Origin: an uncultured Clostridia bacterium
GTDB lineage: Bacteria; Bacillota; Clostridia; TANB77; CAG-508
Direction of reading: 5' to 3'
Assembly: GCA_934120045.1 (NCBI GenBank)
Contig: CAKOTF010000009.1
Location: forward strand, 2,509-66,508
Length of the DNA: 64,000 nucleotides
Shown here: in pieces, positions 36,185 to 46,944 of the stretch
How the letters are laid out: each line of letters begins with the position of its first letter
Numbering within the stretch: position 1 is the first letter of the stretch
The notes under the pieces: generated by a model
The model's input: only the letters and a program-made list of their open reading frames with translations
Database searches by the model: none
What the model was told of the DNA's origin: nothing
Program-made: the position numbers and the translations under genes

Positions 36185-38200
36185 TTAAAATAAAGTTTTT
36201 ATTTTCTTTATTAAATAATGGCTTCCACCTAAATTTCTTCCATTTTCAACCATACTGATTATTAATAATTGATTATCATTTGAATCTGTTGTAAAACAAT
36301 CAAACCATCCTAAAACATCTGCCTCTCCATCTTTTGATGCTTTTAATTCTGCAGTTCCTGTTTTTCCTGCTATTGTTCTTCCTATTACTTTCATATCTTT
36401 AGCTGTTCCTTCTGAATCTTCTACAACTTGAATTAAATCTTCTTTTATTATGTTTGCCGCTTCTTTACTAAAAGCATTTTTTACTAAATATTCTACATTT
36501 TTATTATCTTTTTCTATAATATATGGTTTTACCATATTTCCATCATTGTTAAAGGCTGAATATATAGATGCCATTAGTATTGGATTTACTAAAATTTCTC
36601 CTTGACCATATCCACTATCTGCAAGTACTTTTTCATTTGAAATATCTTTTGAATTTGAATATTGAGATTTGGCTGTTGATATTTCAAGGTTTAAATCTTG
36701 ATTAAATAATATTTTATTTAATCCATCAGTAAAATTCTTTTTTCCAATCTGTAATGCTGCTTGTGCAAAATATATATTATCTGAATGTATTAGAGCATTT
36801 TTTAAATTCTTTGGTCCACTATATGATGTTAATGTTGTTATATCAAATTCTCCCCATCCATCTTTCTTCCAACTAAGTCCATTATATGCAAATGTGTCAT
36901 CAACTGATAATGTTCCTGTTGTAAGCCCTATTGCACCTGTAATTGGTTTAAATGTAGATCCTGGTATATAACTTTGTTGATATCTTACAAACATTGGCTT
37001 ATTTTCATTATTATTAATTTCATTCCATTCATCTGATGTCATTCCTAAAACAAATTTGTTAGGATTATATGATGGTGTACTTACTAGTGCTAATAATTCT
37101 CCAGTATTTGGTTCCATTACAACAAAAAATCCTGCATCATTTTTTAATTCTTCATAAAGTTTTTGCTGAATAGTAGAGTCTATTGTTAATTTTATATTTT
37201 CTCCATTTTTTACATCTATTTTTGCTATTTCTGATTTTCTTTTTCCTTTTTCATCTTCAATATAAATTTCAAGACCATTATTTCCTTTTAATTGTTCTTC
37301 ATATTGTTTTTCTAGTCCTGCTTTTCCTATTAAACTAGTACTTGTATATCCTTTTCCTTTGTTTTTTTCTAATTCCTCTGCTGTTATTGTTTGAACATAT
37401 CCAACTAGTTGTGCTGAAGCTTCTCCTAATGGATACACTCTTGATGTTTCACTTGTAATTTTTATTCCAGATATTTGTAAAACTTTCTCTTTTATTTCTG
37501 TTTCACTTTGTTCTACCTTTTTTATAGGTACAAATGTATCATCTTTTACCCATGATGCTGAAAGTGCTTTATTTATTGTTTCTACTGAAATTCCTAAAAT
37601 GTCAGATATTTGTTGAATTGTTTCTTCTTTATTTTCTGGTAATTTTCCAGGAACAATTCCTATTGATGATACCTTTCCTTCCCCAGCTAGCATTATTCCA
37701 TTCTTATCATCAATTTCTCCTCTTTTTGCTTTTATTGTTTTTACTCTTACTTTGTCAGTACTATTTAACCCCGGCAAAATTAAGTTATGGCTCCATTCAA
37801 TCTTATATTCTCTTTGATCGTTTTTTACTATTCTTACTGTATTTTGAAATTCTACATTTCCTGCACTTGTTTCCATTGTTTCTGTATAATTTATTTTAGA
37901 TATTTTTTTCTCTTCTTCTTCAACATTTGTTATTTGTATATCTAAATTTGCCATATCTATTCCACTATAAATGTTCTCATTTCTTTTTATAAAATCTTCT
38001 TTTGATATCTGAGATTTAGCTGTATCTGTAATCATTTCATACATTTCTTCATATTTTTCTTCATTTATATATGAAATATATTGGTTCCAAATATCTTCTG
38101 GAGTTGTCTTTTCTTTATTAGAAATATAATATGCTACTAATCCTCCTCCAATTAATATTGCAATAATTAAAACAATAATAATAATAATCTTTTTCTTCAT
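36185..38200 (-). CDS. Class B penicillin-binding protein with an NTF2-like (MecA_N-type) N-terminal domain
   Basis: TM anchor and transpeptidase motifs STFK, SDN and KTGTA. Confidence 0.9.
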   Translation of the reverse strand: MKKKIIIIIVLIIAILIGGGLVAYYISNKEKTTPEDIWNQYISYINEEKYEEMYEMITDTAKSQISKEDFIKRNENIYSGIDMANLDIQITNVEEEEKKISKINYTETMETSAGNVEFQNTVRIVKNDQREYKIEWSHNLILPGLNSTDKVRVKTIKAKRGEIDDKNGIMLAGEGKVSSIGIVPGKLPENKEETIQQISDILGISVETINKALSASWVKDDTFVPIKKVEQSETEIKEKVLQISGIKITSETSRVYPLGEASAQLVGYVQTITAEELEKNKGKGYTSTSLIGKAGLEKQYEEQLKGNNGLEIYIEDEKGKRKSEIAKIDVKNGENIKLTIDSTIQQKLYEELKNDAGFFVVMEPNTGELLALVSTPSYNPNKFVLGMTSDEWNEINNNENKPMFVRYQQSYIPGSTFKPITGAIGLTTGTLSVDDTFAYNGLSWKKDGWGEFDITTLTSYSGPKNLKNALIHSDNIYFAQAALQIGKKNFTDGLNKILFNQDLNLEISTAKSQYSNSKDISNEKVLADSGYGQGEILVNPILMASIYSAFNNDGNMVKPYIIEKDNKNVEYLVKNAFSKEAANIIKEDLIQVVEDSEGTAKDMKVIGRTIAGKTGTAELKASKDGEADVLGWFDCFTTDSNDNQLLIISMVENGRNLGGSHYLIKKIKTLF

Positions 38201-38279
38201 ACCTTTTTCCTTCCCTAAAATTTACTTCATCGATATTATATCACAAATAAAATTTTTATTAAATTAAATCTTTATTAAT

Positions 38280-39491
38280 TTAAATATCTTTTAATTTTAT
38301 TTCTTTTTCAGAATGTAATTTCCCTGCTCTAGTAATAGAATTATATCCAAATTTTTGCTTTAATTCATCAACTACCTTATCTAAATTTTCTTGTTTTTCT
38401 GTGTCTTTAGAAGTAAATAATGATAATTGTTTTTCATTCTTTTCAATTAATCCATCTACTCTCATTCCTACAAGTCTTATTGCTATTCCATTAGTATACA
38501 TTTCTTCTAATAGCTCTTTTGCCATTCTAAATATATCTTTGGTGTTTGATGTTGCTTCATTTAATTTTCTTTGATGTGTTTTATTTTCAAAATTGCTTGT
38601 TCTTAATTGAACATTTACTACATTTGCTAACATATTATATTTTCTTAATCTATATGTTACTTGTTCTGTTAATGCTAATAATACTTCTTCTAATTTTGAT
38701 ATTTCAGCTATATCAACTGGTAAAGTTGTAGAATTACCAATTCCTTTAGGATTTTCAAATTTATATTGTACTTCTGAATTGTCTATGCCATTTGCATATT
38801 CCCACATCATTATTCCATGTTTTCCAAATTTTTTTGATAATAACTCTTTATTTGTTTTTGCTAAGTCTCCTATTGTTCTTATCCTCATATTTGAAAGTTT
38901 TGGAATTGTTTTTCTTCCAAGCATTAATAATTCTGAAACATTTAGTGTCCACATTTTACTTGGAATCTCATTTTCATATAATGTATGTACTCTATCTGGT
39001 TTTGTAAAGTCTGATGCCATTTTAGCTAATAATTTATTATGTGCCACTCCAACATTTACTGTAAATCCTAATTCTTCTTTTACTCTCTTTTTTATTTCAT
39101 ATGCTTTATTTATTAACATATCTCCACATAAATAGTTTGTCATATCTAAAAAACATTCATCTATGCTAAATCTTTCTATTTTGTCTGTATATTGAAGTAA
39201 TAATTTATATAAGCTATTTGAATATTTTTTATACATATTATAGTTTCCTGGATATACCTGCAGTTGAGGACATTTCATTCTTGCTTGATATAATGTTTCT
39301 CCTGTTATAATACCAAAAATTTTTGCTTTAGGACTTTTGGCTAATACTATTCCTGCTCTTTTGGTTTCATCTCCACCTATTACTGATGGTATTTCTCTTA
39401 TATCAATTTTACTTCCTTGTTTTAACATTTCTACTGCTGTCCAGCTTAAAAAAGCATTATTTACATCTACATGTAATATTTGTCTTTCCAT
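38280..39491 (-). CDS. dinB: DNA polymerase IV
   Basis: ILHVDVNNAFLS, FSIDECFLDMT, and the Y-family little-finger region. Confidence 0.95.
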   Translation of the reverse strand: MERQILHVDVNNAFLSWTAVEMLKQGSKIDIREIPSVIGGDETKRAGIVLAKSPKAKIFGIITGETLYQARMKCPQLQVYPGNYNMYKKYSNSLYKLLLQYTDKIERFSIDECFLDMTNYLCGDMLINKAYEIKKRVKEELGFTVNVGVAHNKLLAKMASDFTKPDRVHTLYENEIPSKMWTLNVSELLMLGRKTIPKLSNMRIRTIGDLAKTNKELLSKKFGKHGIMMWEYANGIDNSEVQYKFENPKGIGNSTTLPVDIAEISKLEEVLLALTEQVTYRLRKYNMLANVVNVQLRTSNFENKTHQRKLNEATSNTKDIFRMAKELLEEMYTNGIAIRLVGMRVDGLIEKNEKQLSLFTSKDTEKQENLDKVVDELKQKFGYNSITRAGKLHSEKEIKLKDI

Positions 39492-39522
39492 AATATCACC
39501 TGCTTATTCTTATATCGTTATT

Positions 39523-39551
39523 ATTATAAAACATTTGTTCTTGATTGTCAA
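39523..39551 (-). promoter_or_regulatory. Consensus promoter TTGACA-N17-TATAAT of dinB with a LexA (Cheo-type) box GAACAAATGTTT in the spacer
   Basis: -35 at 39546-39551, box at 39529-39540, -10 at 39523-39528. Confidence 0.65.
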
Positions 39552-39583
39552 TAAAAAAGAGAACTTTCTTTCGAAAATTCTCT
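39552..39583 (-). terminator. rny terminator
   Basis: AGAGAATTT/AAGTTCTCT hairpin followed by T6 on the minus strand. Confidence 0.55.
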
Positions 39584-39588
39584 AAAAA

Positions 39589-41133
39589 TTATTTAGCATA
39601 ATCTACTACTCTTGTTTCTCTAATTATATTAACTTTAATTTGTCCTGGATAATCCATTTCTTCTTCAATTCTCTTAGAAACATCTCTTGCTAATAATGTC
39701 ATTTGATCATCTGTAATTTTCTCTGGTTTTACTATTATTCTAACTTCTCTACCAGCTTGTATTGCAAATGATTTTTCAACACCATCAAATGAATCTGCAA
39801 TTGATTCAAGATTTTCTAATCTCTTTATGTATGCTTCTAGTGTTTCTCTTCTTGCTCCTGGTCTTGATGCAGATATTGCATCAGCAGCTTGTACTAACAC
39901 AGCTTCTAATGTTTGTGGTTCAACATCTCCATGATGTGCTTCTACTGCATTTATTACAAGTGGATTTTCTTTGAATTTCTTTAAGATTTCTACACCAATT
40001 TCAACATGTGTTCCTTCCATATCATGATCTAGTGCTTTTCCAATATCATGTAATAATCCTGCTCTACGAGCTAGCTTTGCATCTAATCCAAGTTCTTCTG
40101 CCATTATTCTTGCTAAGTTTGATACTTCTATTGAATGGTTTAATACGTTTTGTCCATAACTTGTTCTATATTTTAGTTTTCCTAATAATTTTATAAGTTC
40201 TGGATTTAAGCCTATAACTCCACTTTCAAGTGCTGCTCTTTCACCTTCTGAACGAATTGTTTCTGCTAATTCTTGTTTAGCTTTTTCAACCATTTCTTCA
40301 ATTTTAGCTGGATGAATTCTTCCATCATCTATTAATTTTTCAAGAGCAATTCTAGCAACCTCTCTTCTTAATGGATCAAATCCTGATAAGATTACTGCTT
40401 CAGGTGTATCATCTATTATTAAATCAATTCCTGTTAATGTTTCTAAAGCTCTTATATTTCTTCCTTCTCTACCAATTATTCTTCCTTTTACATCATCAGA
40501 TGGAAGTGGAACTATTGATACTGTTGTTTCAGCTGAATGATCTGCTGCACATTTTTGAATAGCATAAGCAACTATTTCTCTTCCATTTTTCAAGGCTTCA
40601 TCTTTTGCCTTTTGAGTTAAATCTCTTATTAATGCTGCTTTTTCAGATGTTATATCTTGTTCTACACTTTTTAATAATTGATCTTTAGCTTCTTCTTGTG
40701 TTAGTTTTGCAATGTCTTGAAGAACTTTCATTTGTTCTGTATACAAATTCTCAACCTCTTGTTTTCTTTCATTTAGATTTTGTTCTTCTCTTTCTAAGTC
40801 TTTTTCTTTTTTTTCAAAATTATCTGAACGTCTTTCTAAATTCTCTTCCTTTTGAATAATTCTGCTTTCTTGTTTTTGAATTTCGCCTCTTCTTTCTTTA
40901 ATCTCTTTGTCTAGTTCATTTCTAGCATTCATAATTTCTTCTTTAGCTTTAAAGATTTCTTCTTTTTTCAAATTATCTGCTTCTATTTTTGCTAATTCTA
41001 CTAGTTTTTTTGCTTCTTCTTCTGCTCCATTAATTTTTGATTCAGCAATTTTTTTTCTAATAACGGCTCCAACTAGTATTCCTATTACTAATGAGATTAA
41101 GACAGCGGCGATAATGATTATATTATTTTCCAT
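39589..41133 (-). CDS. rny: Ribonuclease Y
   Basis: N-terminal TM segment, coiled coil, KH domain ([12 protein letters not shown]), HD domain (LLHDIGKA). Confidence 0.95.
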   Translation of the reverse strand: MENNIIIIAAVLISLVIGILVGAVIRKKIAESKINGAEEEAKKLVELAKIEADNLKKEEIFKAKEEIMNARNELDKEIKERRGEIQKQESRIIQKEENLERRSDNFEKKEKDLEREEQNLNERKQEVENLYTEQMKVLQDIAKLTQEEAKDQLLKSVEQDITSEKAALIRDLTQKAKDEALKNGREIVAYAIQKCAADHSAETTVSIVPLPSDDVKGRIIGREGRNIRALETLTGIDLIIDDTPEAVILSGFDPLRREVARIALEKLIDDGRIHPAKIEEMVEKAKQELAETIRSEGERAALESGVIGLNPELIKLLGKLKYRTSYGQNVLNHSIEVSNLARIMAEELGLDAKLARRAGLLHDIGKALDHDMEGTHVEIGVEILKKFKENPLVINAVEAHHGDVEPQTLEAVLVQAADAISASRPGARRETLEAYIKRLENLESIADSFDGVEKSFAIQAGREVRIIVKPEKITDDQMTLLARDVSKRIEEEMDYPGQIKVNIIRETRVVDYAK

Positions 41134-41297
41134 AACCATACACCTCTTTCTTATTAAATTTTCAATGTTCGAATAAATATATATATACGACTTTTATTAT
41201 TTTTTATATATTTTTTCAACCTATTATATTTTATAATTATTATTGTTAACTGTCAAGAGTTTTTATTGTAAAATATGAAAAAACATTTATATAAACG

Positions 41298-41356
41298 AAA
41301 AAGAAAGATACTTCTAATGTCATTAAGTTAATGACATTAGAAGTATCTTTCTTTTT
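41298..41356. terminator. 59-bp perfect palindrome (29-bp arms, 1-nt centre) directly downstream of xerD; bidirectional terminator or cruciform-prone element
   Basis: AAAAAGAAAGATACTTCTAATGTCATTAA-G-TTAATGACATTAGAAGTATCTTTCTTTTT, read directly. Confidence 0.7.
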
Positions 41357-41368
41357 TTTAACTTTATA

Positions 41369-42250
41369 CTATGCTCTTGGATGAGCTTTTTTATAAATGT
41401 TTTTTAAACTTTCATCTTGAAATTGCATATATACTTGTGTTGATAATATATCTGAATGCCCAAGCATTGTTTGAATTGATTTTAAATCTGCTCCATTTTG
41501 TAATAAATGTGTTGCAAATGAATGTCTTAATACATGTGGTGTTATGTCTTTTTCGATGTGTGCTTGTTCTTTATAATATTTTATAATTTTCCAAAATCCT
41601 TGTCTTGTTAATCTTTGACCATTAACATTTACAAATAATGCTTTTTCATTTTCATCTTTTATCATAATATTTCTTGCATTTTCAACATAATCTTTTAGTG
41701 CTTTTAATGACATTTCTCCTAATGGAACTGTTCTTTCTTTTTTTCCATTTCTACATGTTGCAAAACCTTTTTCTAAATCTACATCTTCAACATTTAATGA
41801 TATAATTTCTGTAACTCTCATTCCTGTTGCATATGCAAATTCTAGCATTGCTTTATCTCTAGTTCCTTTTAAATCAACATTTTTTGGTTGCTCTAATAGT
41901 AGTGCTACTTCACTTGATGTTAATACACTAGGAACTCTTTTTTCTATTTTTGGTGATGAAATTCCTTCTGTTGGGTCATTTTCTACATCCTTATTTTTTA
42001 CTCCATATTGGTAAAATGATCTAATTGATGCTAATCCTCTTGATATTGTTGATGATTTTTTACCTATTTCTTGCATATATGTTATGTACTCTTTAATTCC
42101 TTCATTTGTTTCTTTTTTATATTCTTTTCCTTGTTCACTTAAATATTTTTCATATTGTTTTAAATCTCTTTCATATGATTGAAGAGTATTATTTGATACT
42201 TTTTTGTCATTTTCTAAAAATCCAAAAAATAAGTTTAATTCTTCTTCCAT
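41369..42250 (-). CDS. xerD: Site-specific tyrosine recombinase XerD
   Basis: N-terminal SAM-like domain (NTLQSYERDL). Catalytic R (ATGMRVTE), HVLRHSFATHLL, GHSDILSTQVY. Confidence 0.8.
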   Translation of the reverse strand: MEEELNLFFGFLENDKKVSNNTLQSYERDLKQYEKYLSEQGKEYKKETNEGIKEYITYMQEIGKKSSTISRGLASIRSFYQYGVKNKDVENDPTEGISSPKIEKRVPSVLTSSEVALLLEQPKNVDLKGTRDKAMLEFAYATGMRVTEIISLNVEDVDLEKGFATCRNGKKERTVPLGEMSLKALKDYVENARNIMIKDENEKALFVNVNGQRLTRQGFWKIIKYYKEQAHIEKDITPHVLRHSFATHLLQNGADLKSIQTMLGHSDILSTQVYMQFQDESLKNIYKKAHPRA

Positions 42251-42355
42251 TTCTTTCCCCACCCTAATTCAAATCGTAAATTTAACATAAATAATATACG
42301 TGTTTATGTTATATCAAATTTTCTCTAAATTGTAAATAGTTTTTCATCTATTTAT

Positions 42356-42985
42356 CTAAAAATATTTTGCAAATAATAATATCAGTCTATATGATATTTC
42401 TATCTTTATCAAAGATGAAATAATTAGAATTATTAATATAAATGTAGAAACTATACTATGTTTTAGTATTGATACTTTTATATTTTCTTTTCTTCTATCT
42501 TTTACTATTGATTTATATAATTTTATACTACTAACTCCTAAAAATATTAATGCCGGTATTAATATTAAATTTTGTAAAAATATTGTTAATAGTATAAATA
42601 TTAATCCTTTTGTTTTTCCTAATGTTATTACACATGCAGATATTGTATATCCTAAGCAAAATCCTCTTGCTATAATGATTCCAAAAACTATTGGAATTCC
42701 TACTATTGTTGTTCCCGCAAACCATAATATAAATACTAAAAATATATTACTTTTTATATCAAATTTCAATTGTACTATTGTATTATTACCTTTTAACATT
42801 TTTATTTCATCAATATATGTATTTATATATTTTATAACATTTTCTTGATTTTCTGTTTGATTTATAAATAATACGCCTAAAAATAATCCAACTGAAAATA
42901 GTATTATTACAAGTATATATGATTTATAATTACTGATAATCTCTTCTTTAATTATATTTAGAATTTCACTTTTTTTCTTTCGCAC
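42356..42985 (-). CDS. spoIIM: Stage II sporulation protein M
   Basis: Five-TM profile with FIFLQNLILIP-type blocks. GTG start behind an AAGGAGA SD. Confidence 0.75.
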   Translation of the reverse strand: MRKKKSEILNIIKEEIISNYKSYILVIILFSVGLFLGVLFINQTENQENVIKYINTYIDEIKMLKGNNTIVQLKFDIKSNIFLVFILWFAGTTIVGIPIVFGIIIARGFCLGYTISACVITLGKTKGLIFILLTIFLQNLILIPALIFLGVSSIKLYKSIVKDRRKENIKVSILKHSIVSTFILIILIISSLIKIEISYRLILLFAKYF

Positions 42986-43066
42986 TTTTAATCTCCTTAT
43001 TAAATAAAGTTTATACATAATTTTTATTCAATAAAGATTTTTTTAGAACTTTATTTCACTTTAAAT

Positions 43067-44260
43067 CTATTCTGCTGAAACTTTTCCGTATATTCCGCCT
43101 CCACCAGCTTCTACTTTCATTTTTCCTTCTCGTGCATTTATAATATTTTGGGCAATTTTTTCTCCAACAACAGCTTCTATATCATCATTTGATAATTTAT
43201 GTAAAATATTCATTTCTGTATCAAAAGCATCTAACAATTTATCAATTGTTTTTTCTCCTACTCCAGGAATAAAATTTAATGGTATTTGGTAAATATATGG
43301 TGGTCTATTTTCAGGACTTTTTGATTCTTCTTTATCTTTTATTAATTCTATTCTATCAAAAACTCCAAATGTTACTTTATCACTTCCACAATTTGGGCAT
43401 TTATCTACAGGTTCTTTTGTTTCAATTGTACAATCACAATTATCACAATGTGTTCTATGATATTTTCCAAGTTTTGGATCTAATCCATAGTTTACCAAAA
43501 CTTTTCGACCATCTTCATTTTTTAATGCTTTTACAACTTCTTTAAAACTTATATCGTCTACTAACATTTTATTATATTCTCTTGCTATTTTAGGAAGAGA
43601 ATGTGCATCTGAATTTGTAACAAATGTTTTTCCTTCTAATTCTGAAATCATATCAGCTAAGTATGTATCTGAACTTAAGCCTAATTCTACTGCAAATATC
43701 TTATTATATTTTTCTTTAAATATATTTTCTATTCTATCAGTACAATTTCCATAATAGCTTTTAAATGGTGTAAATATATGTGCTGGTATTAGTATTCCAT
43801 TATATTTTTCTACTATATCTATTAAATCATATCCTGATAAATCTGATCTTTGCGTACTTAATGTAATATTTTTTATATGATGACTCATTTCTTGTGAGAA
43901 TGCTTTTATATCACTTAAATGTGGAAAGAAACATATATTATGTGCTGCTCCTTTTTTTCCATTTTTTCCTTTTTCTGATGTTTCTACTTCACTCCCCAAT
44001 AATATACAAACTTTGTCTTTATAAATTATTCCACCATCTTTTAATTCATATGCTTCTCCTGTTTGAAGAAATTTTTCAATATCTTCTATTACATATGGTG
44101 ATGCACAATCTATTATTCCTACTATATTTATTCCTTTTCTTTCAGCACATTCTTTTGCAATATTAGCAAAATTTAAACTTCTTGCTGCTGTAATTTTTAT
44201 TGGCTTTCCATTTTCACTTCTTCCTATGTGAACATGTAAATCTGCAAATACTTCGTACAT
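43067..44260 (-). CDS. Endonuclease Q (PHP domain + C-terminal zinc ribbon)
   Basis: ADLHVHIG, PAHIFTP, NSDAHS, CDNCDC...CPNCGS. Confidence 0.85.
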   Translation of the reverse strand: MYEVFADLHVHIGRSENGKPIKITAARSLNFANIAKECAERKGINIVGIIDCASPYVIEDIEKFLQTGEAYELKDGGIIYKDKVCILLGSEVETSEKGKNGKKGAAHNICFFPHLSDIKAFSQEMSHHIKNITLSTQRSDLSGYDLIDIVEKYNGILIPAHIFTPFKSYYGNCTDRIENIFKEKYNKIFAVELGLSSDTYLADMISELEGKTFVTNSDAHSLPKIAREYNKMLVDDISFKEVVKALKNEDGRKVLVNYGLDPKLGKYHRTHCDNCDCTIETKEPVDKCPNCGSDKVTFGVFDRIELIKDKEESKSPENRPPYIYQIPLNFIPGVGEKTIDKLLDAFDTEMNILHKLSNDDIEAVVGEKIAQNIINAREGKMKVEAGGGGIYGKVSAE

Positions 44261-44268
44261 TTCTAGTT

Positions 44269-44299
44269 TATGCTAGCCAAAAAGCTAGCATATCCTCCT
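44269..44299 (-). promoter_or_regulatory. AGGAGG SD separated from the endoQ ATG by a 9-bp GC-containing hairpin (TATGCTAGC/GCTAGCATA)
   Basis: The order is SD, 1 nt, hairpin (24 nt), 8 nt, ATG. There is no other SD, and an in-frame stop at 44273-44275 rules out an upstream start. Confidence 0.35.
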
Positions 44300-44304
44300 T
44301 TTCT

Positions 44305-45057
44305 TTATTCTATATGTTTTAATATTTTTTCCTTTGTTTCATTTGTAAATAATGATTTATTTTCTGTTTCAACAGTTGTATTTTTCAATACTTCTACTAT
44401 TTTTTGGTCGACAGTAACAGAATAATCTACAGAAAGTTTGTCCACAAATTCTGTAACATCTTTTGATTCTCTAACTAATTTTTGCAATCTTGCAAAAACA
44501 GTTGTATTTACAACACCTTGAATATATACTTTATCAAAAGTTTGTGCAAATTCTCTAAAACTTTCTAAATATCTATTATATTCATTTTTTAGGTTTCTAT
44601 GTTCTAGTAAAACTAATGCTTCATCTGGATTTAATCCTATTCTCTCTGGTCTATCTAATAACATACCTCCAAATTGATCTACCAATTCTAGAATATCACT
44701 TTCAGGTTCTCTTTTTTCTTGTTCACTATATCTATTTACACCTTCACATATTTTACAAAATCTTGCATCAAATCCTAATTTTTTTAGTAATTGTGCTCCT
44801 TCTATTGCATATGTTTGTACTTTTCCAATTTTCTGAGCATCATCAACTTTTTTACAATTACATAATAAACATGCAGTTAATATTAAATTATGATCTAATC
44901 TTATTTTAGTATACTTTAAAAACATTCTTGCTATTTCAGTTTTAAATATTGTTGCTTTATCAAAATTAATTCCTAACTTAGGTGCTAAAAAATATATTAT
45001 TTCTTCCTTGGCTATTAAATCTTCTTCATTTAAAATATATTCTGCAAATTCTTCCAT
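44305..45057 (-). CDS. Conserved hypothetical cytoplasmic protein
   Basis: 250 aa, AGGAGA SD, tightly packed between ftsH and endoQ. No catalytic motif recognised. Confidence 0.5.
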   Translation of the reverse strand: MEEFAEYILNEEDLIAKEEIIYFLAPKLGINFDKATIFKTEIARMFLKYTKIRLDHNLILTACLLCNCKKVDDAQKIGKVQTYAIEGAQLLKKLGFDARFCKICEGVNRYSEQEKREPESDILELVDQFGGMLLDRPERIGLNPDEALVLLEHRNLKNEYNRYLESFREFAQTFDKVYIQGVVNTTVFARLQKLVRESKDVTEFVDKLSVDYSVTVDQKIVEVLKNTTVETENKSLFTNETKEKILKHIE

Positions 45058-45083
45058 CCTTTGTTTCTCCTTTTTATTAATTA

Positions 45084-46892
45084 TTACATAAAGAATTTAT
45101 TAAATTCTTCTTCATTTATCTTTTCTTTTGCTATTAATTCTGCAGCTATTGCATGTAATAGATCCATATTTTGTAATAAAATTTGTTGAGCACTTTTATA
45201 TGCTGTGTCTATAAGTTTTTTTACTTCTTGACCTATTACATCTTCCATATTATTTCCTAATAATTGATATTCATAATTTCCGTCACTACTCTTTAAACAT
45301 ATAGGACCAACAACATCACTCATTCCATATACTGTAACCATATTTTTAGCAATTTCTGTTGCTACTTCTATATCATTACTTGCTCCTGTTGAAATATCAT
45401 CTAAAACTATTTTTTCAGCAGCTCTTCCTCCAAGTAATGCTATCAATTTTTCTTCCATTTCTGTTTTGGAAATAAATGATTTATCTTCATCTGATTTATA
45501 CATTGTATATCCACCAGCTACTCCTCTTGGAACAATTGATATTTCTTTTACTGCTGTTTGTGTTGGTAAAAATTGACTTACAATTGCATGTCCAGCTTCA
45601 TGATATGCAGTTAATTTTTTATCTTTATCTGAAATTTTTCTACTTGTTTTTTCTAATCCTACTGTAACCTTTTTTACTGCTTCATCTAAATCATCATTTG
45701 TTATTGCATTATGTTGATTTTTGGTTGCAATTATTGCCGCTTCATTTAAAATATTAGCAAGTTCAGCTCCTGTAAATCCAGCTGTATCTTCTGCAATACT
45801 GTGTAATGAAACATCATTAGCTAATTTTTTATCCTTTGAATGGATTTTTAAGATTTCTTCTCTTCCAGCTATATCTGGTGCAGGTATTGTTATTTGTCTA
45901 TCAAATCTTCCTGGTCTTAATAATGCTTTATCAAGCATTTCTGGTCTATTTGTTGCTGCTAAAACTATAATTGTTTCTTCTGATGAAAATCCATCCATTT
46001 CAACTAATAATTGATTTAATGTTTGGTTGTTTTCTGTTTCTGCACCACTATTACTTGTTCTTCTTGAACCAATTGCATCTATTTCATCAATAAAAACTAT
46101 ACATGGTGAAATCTTTCTTGCTTTTTCAAATAATTTTCTAACTCTTGAAGCTCCTAGACCTGCAAACATTTCAATAAATTCTGATCCACTCATAGATATA
46201 AACGGAACATCTGCTTCACCCGCAATTGCTTTTGCTATTAATGTTTTTCCAGTTCCTGGTTTTCCATATAGTAAAACTCCCTTTGGAATTTTTGCTCCCA
46301 TTTCAGTAAATCTTTTTGGCTCTTTTAAGAATTCTACAATTTCTTTTAATTCTGCCTTTTCTTCATCTAATCCTGCAATATCATCAAATGTAATTTTTGT
46401 TTTTCTTTCTGTTTCTTCATAAACTTGCCCTTTATCACCTAAACCTTGCATTTTATAAATCATTATAAATAGTGCAACCATTATTGCTGTTGGCAATATT
46501 GAAAAGAAATATGATGGAATTTGTGAAATTACACTTCTTGTTTTTTGTTCTAATTTTATTTCATTTCCTTCAAGCGTTTGACTTTGAATTAATTCCATAA
46601 ATACTTGGGTATTTGGTATTATTGCTTTTTTTTCTTCTTCTTCATCTTTTAGTTTTACTTTTAATGTTGTACTTCCAACTGTCATTTCAATTTTTTCTAC
46701 ATTTTTATTTTGAATTTCTTTTACTAATTCTGTATATGCAAGAACTTTATCATCTTGTTCATCATCATTTGTTTGTCGTTTTACTATTAATACTATTGAT
46801 ACAACAATTAGTGCAATTAATAAAATTGTTAATATTACTAATTTTATTATATCTAATTTTTTGTTTTCTTCCTTTTTCTTGTCTTCTTTCAT
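45084..46892 (-). CDS. ftsH: ATP-dependent zinc metalloprotease FtsH
   Basis: Two TM segments, Walker A GKPGTGKT, pore loop EMFAG, SRH ATNRPEMLDKALLRPGRFDR, HEAGH. Confidence 0.95.
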   Translation of the reverse strand: MKEDKKKEENKKLDIIKLVILTILLIALIVVSIVLIVKRQTNDDEQDDKVLAYTELVKEIQNKNVEKIEMTVGSTTLKVKLKDEEEEKKAIIPNTQVFMELIQSQTLEGNEIKLEQKTRSVISQIPSYFFSILPTAIMVALFIMIYKMQGLGDKGQVYEETERKTKITFDDIAGLDEEKAELKEIVEFLKEPKRFTEMGAKIPKGVLLYGKPGTGKTLIAKAIAGEADVPFISMSGSEFIEMFAGLGASRVRKLFEKARKISPCIVFIDEIDAIGSRRTSNSGAETENNQTLNQLLVEMDGFSSEETIIVLAATNRPEMLDKALLRPGRFDRQITIPAPDIAGREEILKIHSKDKKLANDVSLHSIAEDTAGFTGAELANILNEAAIIATKNQHNAITNDDLDEAVKKVTVGLEKTSRKISDKDKKLTAYHEAGHAIVSQFLPTQTAVKEISIVPRGVAGGYTMYKSDEDKSFISKTEMEEKLIALLGGRAAEKIVLDDISTGASNDIEVATEIAKNMVTVYGMSDVVGPICLKSSDGNYEYQLLGNNMEDVIGQEVKKLIDTAYKSAQQILLQNMDLLHAIAAELIAKEKINEEEFNKFFM

Positions 46893-46944
46893 TTTAATAA
46901 CCCTTTCTAAAATTCCGTACTATACATATCCCTCTATATTTTCA

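Noticed and set aside
41298-41356. Possibility that the long palindrome next to xerD is the chromosomal dif site.
   Set aside because: Firmicutes dif sites, as I recall them, are 28-bp imperfect palindromes with a 6-bp asymmetric core (ACTTCCTAGAATATATATTATGTAAACT in B. subtilis). This element is a perfect 29-1-29 palindrome with only a vague ACTTCTAATGT resemblance.
42531-42725. Same-strand alternative-frame ORFs nested in spoIIM (42531-42725) and in malQ (55430-55618).
   Set aside because: They lie out of frame inside genes with clear family signatures, have no SD and are low complexity.
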